The position numbers and the translations under genes were made by a program. Positions 11,458 to 26,200 of a stretch of 64,000 bases of DNA are shown here, one piece after another (the stretch's first letter is position 1; each line of letters begins with the position of its first letter). Origin of the DNA: Amphiscolops sp. MND2022 (lineage: Eukaryota); the NCBI GenBank assembly GCA_964187785.1, contig OZ076409.1, positions 32,800,001 to 32,864,000 on the forward strand, given 5' to 3'. Below the pieces are notes generated by a model. It saw nothing but the letters and a program-made list of their open reading frames with translations. It was not told the DNA's origin and did no database searches.

Positions 11458-14400
11458 GGGCCTGCGGCAACGAAGCAGAGAACAACATCAAAACTTTCTT
11501 GTTTGGGAAATTATCCGTAAAATTACAACAAAAAGTGACAATTTTGAAGCAAAATGTAATGATGAAGAAGACTGCTCATCAGAAGAAGTCAAGACGTACA
11601 AAATGAAAAATAACCAAAATCAGGAACTCCTCCACCCAACAATCACAGCTCAGCCATTCAACCAGGCCTCATCTAGCGGTACGGTACAACAGAATTCATC
11701 AGAAGAAATCAACAGCCACAAAGCAACAGCAATAAAGTGAAAGAGATTGATATGAAACCCCAGAAACGTCCCGAAGGGAAACAAAAATTCAATCCCGAAG
11801 AAGTGTGACAAATCTGCGGTCACTCTGAACATTCAGCGAGGGACTGCTATCGAGGAATGCCCAAGACGACTAGTATTCTTTTCGGCCAAGTACCATATGC
11901 CGTGGAAGAAAACGCTGAGAACAGAGATTGCCGACGCGAACTGAAGAAACAACAACAACCAAGTAACCAATTGGAATACAAGGCCAAAAGCGGCGATGAA
12001 AGTCACACAGAAAATGAGCAGGATTCACAAAGAGGCCACGATCTCAAACCACAAACAACAGAAGTGCGCACACAAATGAATGCAAACACAACTCTACCAC
12101 GACTCACTCCAACCACCCAACACAGACCTGGCAGTTTTGGAATGGACCTGAACAAACCACCACTGCTTTTGACGAGAAACGATGAGCACGAAGAACAAAA
12201 GAGCAGTGGTGACGACAAACCGCTTTCAGCCATTGCCAGACGACGACAAGGAAAATATGATGGGTTTCCACTCAGACGCTTTGAGGCAAGCAGACGATGG
12301 AAATCAGATGAATAATGTGACCTAACTGACGGATAAACGACGAGTCAATTCAATAATTCGAATGAACAAATCTTTACGTTAGAAGCAAACAGTGACAGCT
12401 CTTTTACGAATTCCACTTCTTTTATTGACGGTCTGCATGAACGGTATTGATCTCAAGAAGTGAAAGTTAGATGACATGTCAATAACAGAATATTGGATAA
12501 CATAATGGCACATTTACAGCTCATGGCAACAAAAAGATCCATAACGGGTTGTTTCCATATGCGTTTACAGCAGTGAGCAATGGGTTGTAAATACAATACA
12601 TGAAATGAGCAATATTAATTATGTCAAGCAAAATGATTGGTCGATATTAAGGCCAAAATTAGAAGTCAAAGAATTAAAGGAACAAAAAAGAGCACTGTCT
12701 CAGATTCGAACTCGCGCAGGCCGGTTTGAAGGCAAAGACTGATCCACTGCGCTATGTGGACTAATAATTACTGCGCGATCAATGTGGTGTCATGCGCCAA
12801 CAGGGCCTGCGGCAACGAAGCAGAGAACAACATCAAAACTTTCTTGTTTGGGAAATTATCCGTAAAATTAAAACAAAAAGTGACAATTTTGAAGCAAAAT
12901 GTAATGATGAAGAAGACTGCTCATCAGAAGAAGTCAAGACGTACAAAATGAAAAATAACCAAAATCAGGAACTACTCCACCCAACAATCACAGCTCAGCC
13001 ATTCAACCAGGCCTCATCTAGCGGTACGGTACAACAGAATTCATCAGAAGAAATCAACAGCCACAAAACAAAAGCAATAAAGGGAAAGAGATTGATATGA
13101 AACCCCAGAAACGTCCCGAAGGGAAACAAAAATTCAATCCCGAAGAAGTGTGACAAATCTGCGGTCACTCTGAACATTCAGCGAGGGACTGCTATCGAGG
13201 AATGCCCAAGACGACCAGTATTCTTTTCGGCCAAGTACCATATGCCGAGGAAGAAAACGCTGAGAACAGAGATTGCCGACGCGAACTGAAGAAACAACAA
13301 CAACCAAGTAACCAATTGGAATACAAGGCCAAAAGCAGCGATGAAAGTCACTCAGAAAATGAGCAGGATTCACAAAGAGGGCACGATCTCAAACCACAAA
13401 CAACAGAAGTGCGCACACAAATGAATGCAAACACAAATCTACCACGACTCACTCCAACCACCCAACACAGACCTGGCAGTTTTGGAATGGACCTGAACAA
13501 ACCACCACTGCTTTTGACGAGAAACGATGAGCACGAAGAACAAAAGAGCAGTGGTGACGACAAACCGCTTTCAGCCATTGCCAGACGACGACAAGGAAAA
13601 TATGATGGGTTTCCACTCAGACGCTTTGAGGCAAGCAGACGATGGAAATCAGATGAATAATGTGACCTAACTGACGGATAAACGACGATTCAATTCAATT
13701 ATTCGAATGAACAAATCTTTACGTTAGAAGCAAACAGTGACAGCTCTTTTACGAATTCCACCTCTTTTATTGACGGTCTGCATGAACGGTATTGATCTCA
13801 AGAAGTGAAAGTTAGATGACATGTCAATAACAGAATATTGGATAACATAATGGTACATTTACAGCTCATGGCAACAAAAAGATCCATAACGGGTTGTTTC
13901 CATATGCGTTTACAGCAGTGAGCAATGGGTTGTAAATACAATACATGAAATGAGCAATATTAATTATGTCAAGCAAAATGATTGATCGATATTAAGGCCA
14001 AAATTGAAGGTCAAAGAATTGAAGGAACAAAAAAAGCACTGTCTCAGATTCGAACTCGCGCAGGCCGGTTCGAAGGCAAAGACTGATCCACTGCGCTATG
14101 TGGACTAATAATTACTGCGCGATCATTGTGGTGTCATGCGCCAACAGGGCCTGCGGCAACGAAGCAGAGAACAACATCAAAACTTTCTTGTTTGGGAAAT
14201 TATCCGTAAAATTACAACAAAAAGTGACAATTTTGAAGCAAAATGTAATGATGAAGAAGACTGCTCATCAGAAGAAGTCAAGACGTACAAAATGAAAAAC
14301 AACCAAAATCAGGAACTCCTCCACCCAACAATCACAGCTCAGCCATTCAACCAGGCCTCATCTAGCGGTACGGTACAACAGAATTCATCAGAAGAAATCA

Positions 14401-17400
14401 ACAGCCACAAAGCAAAAGCAATAAAGTGAAAGAGATTGATATGAAACCCCAGAAACGTCCCGAAGGGAAACAAAAATTCAATCCCGAAGAAGTGTGACAA
14501 ATCTGCGGTCACTCTGAACATTCAGCGAGGGACTGCTATCGAGGAATGCCCAAGACGACCAGTATTCTTTTCGGCCAAGTACCATATGCCGAGGAAGAAA
14601 ACGCTGAGAACAGAGATTGCCGACGCGAACTGAAGAAACAACAACAACCAAGTAACCAATTGGAATACAAGGCCAAAAGCGGCGATGAAAGTCACTCAGA
14701 AAATGAGCAGGATTCACAAAGAGGCCACGATCTCAAACCACAAACAACAGAAGTGCGCACACAAATGAATGCAAACACAAATCTACCACGACTCACTCCA
14801 ACCACCCAACACAGACCTGGCAGTTTTGGAATGGACCTGAACAAACCACCACTGCTTTTGACGAGAAACGATGAGCACGAAGAACAAAAGAGCAGTGGTG
14901 ACGACAAACCGCTTTCAGCCATTGCCAGACGACGACAAGGAAAATATGATGGGTTTCCACTCAGACGCTTTGAGACAAGCAGACGATGGAAATCAGATGA
15001 ATAATGTGACCTAACTGACGGATAAACGACGATTCATATAAATAATTCGAATGAACAAATCTTTACGTTAGGAGCAAACAGTGACAGCTCTTTTACGAAT
15101 TCCACCTCTTTTATTGACGGTCTGCATGAACGGTATTGATCTCAAGAAGTGAAAGTTAGATGACATGTCAATAACAGAATATTGGATAACATAATGGCGC
15201 ATTTACAGCTCATGGCAACAAAAAGATCCATAACGGGTTGTTTCCATATGCGTTTACAGCAGTGAGCAATGGGTTGTAAATACAATACATGAAATGAGCA
15301 ATATTAATTATGTCAAGCAAAATGATTGGTCGATATTAAGGCCAAAATTAAAAGTCAAAGAATTAAAGGAACAAAAAGGAGCACTGTCTCAGATTCGAAC
15401 TCGCGCAGGCCGGTTCGAAGGCAAAGACTGATCCACTGCGCTATGTGGACTAATAATTACTGCGCGATCAATGTGGTGTCATGCGCCAACAGGGCCTGCG
15501 GCAACGAAGCAGAGAACAACATCAAAACTTTCTTGTTTGGGAAATTATCCGTAAAATTACAACAAAAAGTGACAATTTTGAAGCAAAATGTAATGATGAA
15601 GAAGACTGCTCATCAGAAGAAGTCAAGACGTACAAAATGAAAAATAACCAAAATCAGGAACTCCTCCACCCAACAATCACAGCTCAGCCAATCAACCAGG
15701 CCTCATCTAGCGGTACGGTACAACAGAATTCATCAGAAGAAATCAACAGCCACAAAACAAAAGCAATAAAGTGAAAGAGATTGATATGAAACCCCAGAAA
15801 CGTCCCGAAGGGAAACAAAAATTCAATCCCGAAGAAGTGTGACAAATCTGCGGTCACTCTGAACATTCAGCGAGGGACTTCTATCGAGGAATGCCCAAGA
15901 CGACCAGTATTCTTTTCGGCCAAGTACCATATGCCGAGGAAGAAAACGCTGAGAACAGAGATTGCCGACGCGAACTGAAGAAACAACAACAACCAAGTAA
16001 CCAATTGGAATACAAGGCCAAAAACGGCGATGAAAGTCACTCAGAAAATGAGCAGGATTCACAAAGAGGCCACGATCTCAAACCACAAACAACAGAAGTG
16101 CGCACACAAATGAATGCAAACACAAATCTACCACGACTCACTCCAACCACCCAACACAGACCTGGCAGTTTTGGAATGGACCTGAACAAACCACCACTGC
16201 TTTTGACGAGAAACGATGAGCACGAAGAACAAAAGAGCAGTGGTGACGACAAACCGCTTTCAGCCATTGCCAGACGACGACAAGGAAAATATGATGGGTT
16301 TCCACTCAGACGCTTTGAGGCAAGCAGACGATGGAAATCAGATGAATAATGTGACCTAACTGACGGATAAACGACGATTCAATTCAAAAATTCGAATGAA
16401 CAAATCTTTACGTTAGAAGCAAACAGTGACAGCTCTTTTACGAATTCCACCTCTTTTATTGACGGTCTGCATGAACGGTATTGATCTCAAGAAGTGAAAG
16501 TTAGATGACATGTCAATAACAGAATATTGGATAACATAATGGTACATTTACAGCTCATGGCAACAAAAAGATCCATAACGGGTTGTTTCCATATGCGTTT
16601 ACAGCAGTGAGCAATGGGTTGTAAATACAATACATGAAATGAGCAATATTAATTATGTCAAGCAAAATGATTGATCGATATTAAGGCCAAAATTAAAAGT
16701 CAAAGAATTAAAGGAACAAAAAAGAGCACTGTCTCAGATTCGAACTCGCGCAGGCCGGTTCGAAGGCAAAGACTGATCCACTGCGCTATGTGGACTAATA
16801 ATTACTGCGCGATCATTGTGGTGTCATGCGCCAACAGGGCCTGCGGCAACGAAGCAGAGAACAACATCAAAACTTTCTTGTTTGGGAAATTATCCCTAAA
16901 AGTACAACAAAAAGTAACAATTTTGAAGCAAAATGTAATGATGAAGAAGACTGCTCATCAGAAGAAGTCAAGACGTACAAAATGAAAAATAACCAAAATC
17001 AGGAACTCCTCCACCCAACAATCACAGCTCAGCCATTCAACCAGGCCTCATCTAGCGGTACGGTACAACAGAATTCATCAGAAGAAATCAACAGCCACAA
17101 AGCAAAAACAATAAAGTGAAAGAGATTGATATGAAACCCCAGAAACGTCCCGAAGGGAAACAAAAATTCAATCCCGAAGAAGTGTGACAAATCTGCGGTC
17201 ACTCTGAACATTCAGCGAGGGACTGCTATCGAGGAATGCCCAAGACGACCAGTATTCTTTTCGGCCAAGTACCATATGCCGAGGAAGAAAACGCTGAGAA
17301 CAGAGATTGCCGACGCGAACTGAAGAAACAACAAAACCAAGTAACCAATTGGAATACAAGGCCAAAAGCGGCGATGAAAGTCACTCAGAAAATGAGCAGG

Positions 17401-20400
17401 ATTCACAAAGAGGCCACGATCTCAAACCACAAACAACAGAAGTGCGCACACAAATGAATGCAAACACAAATCTACCACGACTCACTCCAACCACCCAACA
17501 CAGACCTGGCAGTTTTGGAATGGACCTGAACAAACCACCACTGCTTTTGACGAGAAACGATGAGCACGAAGAACAAAAGAGCAGTGGTGACGACAAACCG
17601 CTTTCAGCCATTGCCAGACGACGACAAGGAAAATATGATGGGTTTCCACTCAGACGCTTTGAGGCAAGCAGACGATGGAAATCAGATGAATAATGTGACC
17701 TAACTGACGGATAAACGACGATTCAATTCAAAAATTCGAATGAACAAATCTTTACGTTAGAAGCAAACAGTGACAGCTCTTTTACGAATTCCACCTCTTT
17801 TATTGACGGTCTGCATGAACGGTATTGATCTCAAGAAGTGAAAGTTAGATGACATGTCAATAACAGAATATTGGATAACTTAATGGCGCATTTACAGCTC
17901 ATGGCAACAAAAAGATCCATAACGGGTTGTTTCCATATGCGTTTACAGCAGTGAGCAATGGGTTGTAAATACAATACATGAAATGAGCAATATTAATTAT
18001 GTCAAGCAAAATGATTGGTCGATATTAAGGCCAAAATTAAAAGTCAAAGAATTAAAGGAACAAAAAGGAGCACTGTCTCAGATTCGAACTCGCGCAGGCC
18101 GGTTCGAAGGCAAAGACTGATCCACTGCGCTATGTGGACTAATAATTACTGCGCGATCAATGTGGTGTCATGCGCCAACAGGGCCTGCGGCAACGAAGCA
18201 GAGAACAACATCAAAACTTTCTTGTTTGGGAAATTATCCGTAAAATTACAACAAAAAGTGACAATTTTGAAGCAAAATGTAATGATGAAGAAGACTGCTC
18301 ATCAGAAGAAGTCAAGACGTACAAAATGAAAAATAACCAAAATCAGGAACTCCTCCACCCAACAATCACAGCTCAGCCATTCAACCAGGCCTCATCTAGC
18401 GGTACGGTACAACAGAATTCATCAGAAGAAATCAACAGCCACAAAACAAAAGCAATAAAGTGAAAGAGATTGATATGAAACCCCAGAAACGTCCCGAAGG
18501 GAAACAAAAATTCAATCCCGAAGAAGTGTGACAAATCTGCGGTCACTCTGAACATTCAGCGAGGGACTTCTATCGAGGAATGCCCAAGACGACCAGTATT
18601 CTTTTCGGCCAAGTACCATATGCCGAGGAAGAAAACGCTGAGAACAGAGATTGCCGACGCGAACTGAAGAAACAACAACAACCAAGTAACCAATTGGAAT
18701 ACAAGGCCAAAAACGGCGATGAAAGTCACTCAGAAAATGAGCAGGATTCACAAAGAGGCCACGATCTCAAACCACAAACAACAGAAGTGCGCACACAAAT
18801 GAATGCAAACACAAATCTACCACGACTCACTCCAACCACCCAACACAGACCTGGCAGTTTTGGAATGGACCTGAACAAACCACCACTGCTTTTGACGAGA
18901 AACGATGAGCACGAAGAACAAAAGAGCAGTGGTGACGACAAACCGCTTTCAGCCATTGCCAGACGACGACAAGGAAAATATGATGGGTTTCCACTCAGAC
19001 GCTTTGAGGCAAGCAGACGATGGAAATCAGATGAATAATGTGACCTAACTGACGGATAAACGACGATTCAATTCAAAAATTCGAATGAACAAATCTTTAC
19101 GTTAGAAGCAAACAGTGACAGCTCTTTTACGAATTCCACCTCTTTTATTGACGGTCTGCATGAACGGTATTGATCTCAAGAAGTGAAAGTTAGATGACAT
19201 GTCAATAACAGAATATTGGATAACATAATGGCACATTTACAGCTCATGGCAACAAAAAGATTCATAACGGGTTGTTTCCAAATGCGTTTACAGCAGTGAG
19301 CAATGGGTTGTAAATACAATACATGAAATGAGCAATATTAATTATGTCAAGCAAAATGATTGATCGATATTAAGGCCAAAATTAAAAGTCAAAGAATTAA
19401 AGGAACAAAAAAGAGCACTGTCTCAGATTCGAACTCGCGCAGGCCGGTTCGAAGGCAAAGACTGATCCACTGCGCTATGTGGACTAATAATTACTGCGCG
19501 ATCATTGTGGTGTCAGGCGCCAACAGGGCCTGCGGCAACGAAGCAGAGAACAACATCAAAACTTTCTTGTTTGGGAAATTATCCGTAAAATTACAACAAA
19601 AAGTGACAATTTTGAAGCAAAATGTAATGATGAAGAAGACTGCTCATCAGAAGATATCAAGACGTACAAAATGAAAAATAACCAAAATCAGGAACTCCTC
19701 CACCCAACAATCACAGCTCAGCCATTCAACCAGGCCTCATCTAGCGGTACGGTACAACAGAATTCATCAGAAGAAATCAACAGCCACAAAACAAAAGCAA
19801 TAAAGTGAAAGAGAATGATATGAAACCCCAGAAACGTCCCGAAGGGAAACAAAAATTCAATCCCGAAGAAGTGTGACAAATCTGCGGTCACTCTGAACAT
19901 TCAGCGAGGGACTGCTATCGAGGAATGCCCAAGACGACCAGTATTCTTTTCGGCCAAGTACCATATGCCGAGGAAGAAAACGCTGAGAACAGAGATTGCC
20001 GACGCGAACTGAAGAAACAACAACAACCAAGTAACCAATTGGAATACAAGGCCAAAAGCGGCGATGAAAGTCACTCAGAAAATGAGCAGGATTCACAAAG
20101 AGGCCACGATCTCAAACCACAAACAACAGAAGTGCGCACACAAATGAATGCAAACACAAATCTACCACGACTCACTCCAACCACCCAACACAGACCTGGC
20201 AGTTTTGGAATGGACCTGAACAAACCACCACTGCTTTTGACGAGAAACGATGAGCACGAAGAACAAAAGAGCAGTGATGACGACAAACCGCTTTCAGCCA
20301 TTGCCAGACGACGACAAGGAAAATATGATGGGTTTCCACTCAGACGCTTTGCGGCAAGCAGACGATGGAAATCAGATGAATAATGTGACCTAACTGACGG

Positions 20401-20488
20401 ATAAACGACGATTCAATTCAATAATTCGAATGAACAAATCTTTACGTTAGAAGCAAACAGTAACAGCTCTTTTACGAATTCCACCTCT
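11075..20488. repeat. Tandem array of 7 near-identical ~1345-bp units (~380 bp of LTR plus ~960 bp of flank)
   Basis: Units start with ttttattgacggtctgcatgaacgg at ~11075, 12420, 13765, 15109, 16454, 17798 and 19143. The ORF track repeats with the same period (152-aa ORF at 11857, 13202, 14546, 15891, [17236 frameshifted], 18580, 19925). Confidence 0.97.
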
Positions 20489-22379
20489 CCACCAGGCAGC
20501 TAACATCAGAAAAAATGCCACTAGAACTCCTTAGGTTAATCTCTAACTTCCTGAAGAAGACGAAGCAGTGATTAAAGAGGTCTTCGTAAACCCAGAAATA
20601 AATATTGAATGGTACCAAACGCCAGAATCATGCAGTGAGCCTGAAAAGCTGATAAAGATTGAACGACGAAAACTCGATGAAATTTTTGCTCTACGAAACT
20701 TAGAGGATCGCGACCCACAATTCGGATGAAGAAAGAATGAGATTTCTGAAAACTTCCAAGTGCGACGATTTGTGCTCTTTTAATGCAGCACAATGTCTCC
20801 AAGTTGAAGAACTCTTATTAAAAAATATCACCATCTCTGTCAGACATAGTGTCGTAACCATCACCACCCTCGTAAGAGTCAACTGAACTCTCTGTACGGT
20901 GAATATTTTGCTTACTATCAGTTGGGATTAATCTACAAAAACCTACGCATGTTTTGCGGATCATTTCGCCATTGGACTTCGCTGCGGTCCATGTGACCGA
21001 AGGTCCAATTTTGTATTAGAATCAGTGCCATGCACGCTTGTTGCATTTTGGATGGTTGATAATACTTTCCCATCAATCGCTGAGTTAAATACTTCAGGTA
21101 TGTGTGAGTTTAGGTCTAATCTGATCTCTTCGAAGTTCCTACACATTTGAGAAGAAATATCTGAGTCGATTGCTTCACTCGTTTCAGAAGTGATTTTAAT
21201 TTTCTGACTTGTACCATTGTTCAGATGTGACCTAAAGTTATTTCCAACTTGAACAGTATCTCTATGCTGTCTGTCTGATCATAGGTCTACATAATTGTCA
21301 TTTCCAGTCTCTCAAAACTGTTTTCAGGGATGTTTCGCAACATTACATCCATAATTTTCAAATCTGACATTACGACAGATTTTCTTGAGTGCTTTTCTTC
21401 AGGTATCGCTTCCTGGCTGAAGGCGTAGCAAAGATTCGATTTAGTTGGAATATTCAATTTCGAATTATGACAGAAGAAAATTCAAATTGAATACTATGTA
21501 TATCAGATTCAAGAAATTCAAACAACAACAACAATGATAAATCCAAGTCGAGAGTTTCACTGTATGTCAGAATATTGAGTTAATACACAGCAGTAACAAC
21601 TGTGGTATAGTAGCAAAAGTGTGACCTAAAAACAACGGTTTTCTTGAATTTATGCTCTGAGCACCATGACAATCAGCATTTTGGAGTCATAGTGTCAAAG
21701 TCATGATGTCATTTGCTCAAAATAGCAACACTTCACTTGTAGCATCATGACAGCAATGAACACATTGTAGAGTGCCCGATTCGACAAACCAGGTAAGTAT
21801 AAAACATTCAAAAACCCGTCATTAACCAATACTTCGAAACTCTTAGTCCTACTTTACTTTCGAACGAAAACCTTAAGATGTTGTACAACCCGTTGCCATT
21901 CGATAAATACGGAAACCAAGGTGTACTTAGACGGAAGCGGAATTGAGGAAACTTTTGAACGCCCACCCGGAGTCGTTTACACGAAAACCCCACCAAATTT
22001 TAAAAATAAATTAACGAATTGTAATTGCGTCCTGAATTGAAAACCGGTTCTCCTCCGATTTTATATAGCAGGAAAAGTGTTTGTAGAAACCTTTTTAGTT
22101 CTCCAAAAATGGGAACCACTTTCATAAGCGTTTTGCCTCAAAAAACTCCGTAAACTTTGTCATCAAAAACCACCAAGCTAACTTTCAGAACCCTATGAAC
22201 TCAATGCAAGTGCGACAAACACAAAAGAAAAAATTGAAAACTGGTCTCATCGAGTTGTACTCCTGTCAAAAACCATTTATTCCACCACTTCAGGATATGA
22301 TGACACCAGTTGACTGTTCCTCTGATATAGCACAAACAACAGGCACAATGTCGCAAGAAATTACTGACTTGACCGATGG

Positions 22380-22630
22380 AAAGCGATGATTCAACTCACT
22401 AATCCTAATGAACAAACCTTTAGGTTAGAAGCTAACGAAAACTGCTTTTGAAAAACACCTGAAACAAGTTGTGAAACCAAAAAACTAAATAACATTGAAC
22501 GAGAGTTTTCGATGGAATATTTGCTCTACAAGAAATGAAGAATCTAGACTACAACAAATTGGATGAAGAAAGAATGAGATTGCTGAAAAATTCAAATTGG
22601 GACAAATCTTTCCTTAATGCAGCACAAAAT
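22380..22630 (+). repeat. Diverged copy of the sequence at the end of and just after the array (~20420-20795)
   Basis: aatgaacaaacctttaggttagaagc resembles aatgaacaaatctttacgttagaagc. ggatgaagaaagaatgagatt and taatgcagcaca are shared with 20724-20792. Confidence 0.6.
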
Positions 22631-23211
22631 CTAAGCGGACCTCAGGTCATCATGACTGCACCAATTTAAAAGTGGCGCGATCTGATTGGTCAAAAGTAGA
22701 ACAGACAACGCGTCAACTTGACTGCAACGCTGTACTAGTTGAACGCTTTTTTTCTCTGACCAGCTTTATAATGCATGTGAACAATTTTGTCATTTTTCAA
22801 TCAATCTGCGTTTGTAAACAAGATTACCAAAATAATCGTCGGCGGTTGTTCTTCTTGGAGCTGGTTAGCCATATAGAACATCAACGTTACAAGTTATTAA
22901 TATAGCACAAGTAATTAGATGCGGTCTGGTTGACCTAAGGTCAAAATCATAATAACATGCAGTATCTTGAATAAATAGGTGCAAAAGAATAAATGTGAGT
23001 ATGAAATGTACAAAACTGTTATCATTAGTTTTTGGATATCCTCATCTTTGCCGCTTGAACTTGCCACGTCTTCTGCTGATGTTATGGAGTCTACATCAAT
23101 ATCTTCATCTGACGATTAGTGAGCCAAGTCCACAAGAAATCTATTAGGTCCTTCGAGATTAGATTGCAGGGCTATCTCTTTATTGTAACAACTAATATCT
23201 TTTTTCGTTAT

Positions 23212-26200
23212 TTATGTGTGGTCTTATGCAACTGAATTTCAGACAAAAAGAGTTGATGAATGAATTGATGCCGTCTATTGGACCCTATGTCTTTTCTGTT
23301 CTTGGGTCTCCTTCATTAGGCATTTTCTGAGTTAGTCTTTTGTCAAGAAACCCCAACTAGTTTAAGGAAATAGCTTTTAACGTACCACTTGATTTCAGTT
23401 TGCTTACTTCTCCAATGGCGACATTGACGACAGAAAAGTAATAATTGTTACCTTTCTGTCAACAATTCACATCGAAGACCTTTGTTCTGTTTGACTGAAT
23501 TAATGAAAATACTCAATAATGTTTCTAGATGACAAATGCATCTGTGGGATAGTATTTAAAATGCCGAAATGAAAATATTAATGGTAATATTATTAAAGTT
23601 ATTAATTAAAAAATAATAATAACAAGAAAAATCAATGCCAAGTTCCCCGGCAAAGGATTAAAATCATACCAAGTTCCCCAACCCCAGTTAGAAGTAAAAC
23701 CAAGTTACCTCACTTTATTAACAAAAATAATACATATAATAATTATTACAAGGCGGGTTACATGGTATTTTGGATGCAACTTGGTTTTGATTTTTACACT
23801 ATTTCTTAAAAAGGTTAGAGCAATAGTCACTTCACTCATACAATTTCATAAAATTTCTGCACTTGCTTCGAAGGCATAAATCGAATAGTAACTTTAATTA
23901 GGTTTTGAAAGTGGCATAACTATCCTATTTTGCCCATACCAACACCTATATACAGTAGTGATTCTTAGTTTTTTTTAAACTTTTGACCCATTCACAATTT
24001 TTTGATGTCAAAATAGTTTAGACAGAAAAATTCACCCAGTCATTTCGAATGTGACAATATAATTTTTTCCCGAAAATATTCTAAATTGTATTTTTATGAG
24101 CTTGTTTTAAGTTGATTAAGTTCAAAATCATATCTTAATATATGTATTTTTGAAAAAGTCTAACTTTACAGCGTATTTTTTCCACCATTTTAGGATGATT
24201 TCAAAATCAAAACATATCAAAGGCTTCAGTTTAATCAGGGGAGTCGATTGCACATAAAAATGCTCTGAAATTTCAAGCAAAAAATGACTAAAAGTGAGAA
24301 AAACCTCAATTTTCACCTAAATTTGGTTAAAATGGCCTATCCTAACTTCTACAATTTTCATCGCATAACCTTCAAATAAACATATTTGTAAACTAGATAA
24401 AAATAAACTAGAAACTTTCACTTTTATCATTTTCCAAAAATCGCTGCTGTTTTAAAGATGCACTTTTCTCGAGTATTAAGGTATCATAAATTTTATTCAT
24501 AACGTTGTCTACTCTAAAAATGTAAATAACTTTTGTTTTATACCGTTCTCTTCAGAATTGACAAAACATTCTTGCCAAATAGTTGTTTTTGTACTCAGAC
24601 ATAATAATGCAGTTATGTGAGTGTCTCCCTTTATTGATTTTAAGCAGTTTTGGTTTTTATAATTTTCCAGTTTTGGGACCCGAAGGAGGTCACGTTCTCC
24701 TCGTGGGTCTTGTCAAGTGCGATATTATGTATCTCACGAGCTGAGTGCCTCCCTAAAAAGACAGCATAATAACTCCGATAAGCAATTTCTGTGAACTATG
24801 TGCAGAGGTAGCTGCCATGTCCGACATTTTTATTACATTTTGTCTCTTGAAATATGGTTTTCATACCTTATGTGTGGTCTTATGCAACTGAATTTCAGAA
24901 AAAAAGAGTTGATGAATGAATTGATGCCGTCTATTGGACCCTATGTCTTTTCTGTTCTTGGGTCTCCTTCATTAGGCATTTTCTGAGTTAGTCTTTTGTC
25001 AAGAAACCCCAACTAGTTTAAGGAAATAGCTTTTAACGTGCCACTTGATTTCAGTTTGCTTACTTCTCCAATGGCGACATTGACGACAGAAAAGTAATGA
25101 TTGTTATCTTTCTGTCAACAATTCACATCGAAGACCTTTGTTCTGTTTGACTGAATTAATGAAAATACTCAATAATGTTTCTAGATGACAAATGCATCTG
25201 TGGGATGGTATTTAAAATGCCGAATTGAAAATATTAATGAAAATATTATTAAAATTATTATTTAAAAAAATAATAAAAAAAAATCAATGCCAAGTTCCCC
25301 GGCAAAGGATTAAAATCATACCAAGTTCCCCAACCCCAGTTAGAAGTAAAACCAAGTTACCTCTCTTTATTAACAAAAATAATACATATAATAATTATTA
25401 CAAGGCGGGTTACATGGTATTTTGGATGCAACTTGGTTTTGATTTTTACACTATTTCTTAAAAAGGTTAGAGCAATAGTCACTTCACTCATACAATTTCA
25501 TAAAATTTCTGCACTTGCTTCGAAGGCATAAATCGAATAGTAACTTTAATTATGTTTTGAAAGTGGCATAACTATCCTATTTTGCCCATACCAACACCTA
25601 TATACAGTAGTGATTCTTGAAGCAACATAGCACGCAACATAGTCGAGAGCGATTTCCAAAACATCAATTTTTAGTTTTTTTAATTTTTGACCCATTCACA
25701 ATTTTTTGATGTCAAAATAGTTTAGACAGAAAAATTCACCCAATCATTTCAAATGTGACAATATTTTTTCCCGAAAATATTCTAAATTGTATTAGTATGA
25801 GCTTGTTTTAAGTTGATTAAGTTCAAAATCATATCTTAATATATGTATTTTTGAAAAAGTCTAACTTTACGGCGTATTTTTTCCACCATTTTAGGATGAT
25901 TTCAAAATCAAAACATATCAAAGGCTTCAGTTTAATCAGGGGAGTCGATTGCACATAAAAATGCTCTGAAATTTCAAGCAAAAGTTGACTAAAAGTGAGA
26001 AAAACCTCAATTTTCACCTAAATTTGGTTAAAATGGCCTATCCTAACTTCTACAATTTTCATCGCATAACCTGCAAATAAACATATTTGTAAACTAGATA
26101 AAAATAAACTAGAAACTTTCACTTTTATCATTTTCCAAAAATCGCTCCTTTTTTAAAGATGCACTTTTCTCGAGTATTAAGGTATCATAATTTGTATTCA

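Noticed and set aside
11857..20383. Repeated 152-aa, 104-aa and 97-aa ORFs as a tandem gene family
   Set aside because: Low-complexity products with no recognisable domain, some spanning the LTR/flank junction and broken in some units. Their conservation is explained by recent amplification.
11075..20488. CRISPR-like array or rDNA/histone repeat
   Set aside because: Whole units are near-identical with no unique spacers, and there are no rRNA or histone motifs.
20490..22380. Additional LTR-retrotransposon remnant (possible PBS TGGTGCTCAGAGC near 21655-21667, minus strand)
   Set aside because: Only short broken ORFs with no diagnostic domain or paired LTR. Too weak to annotate.
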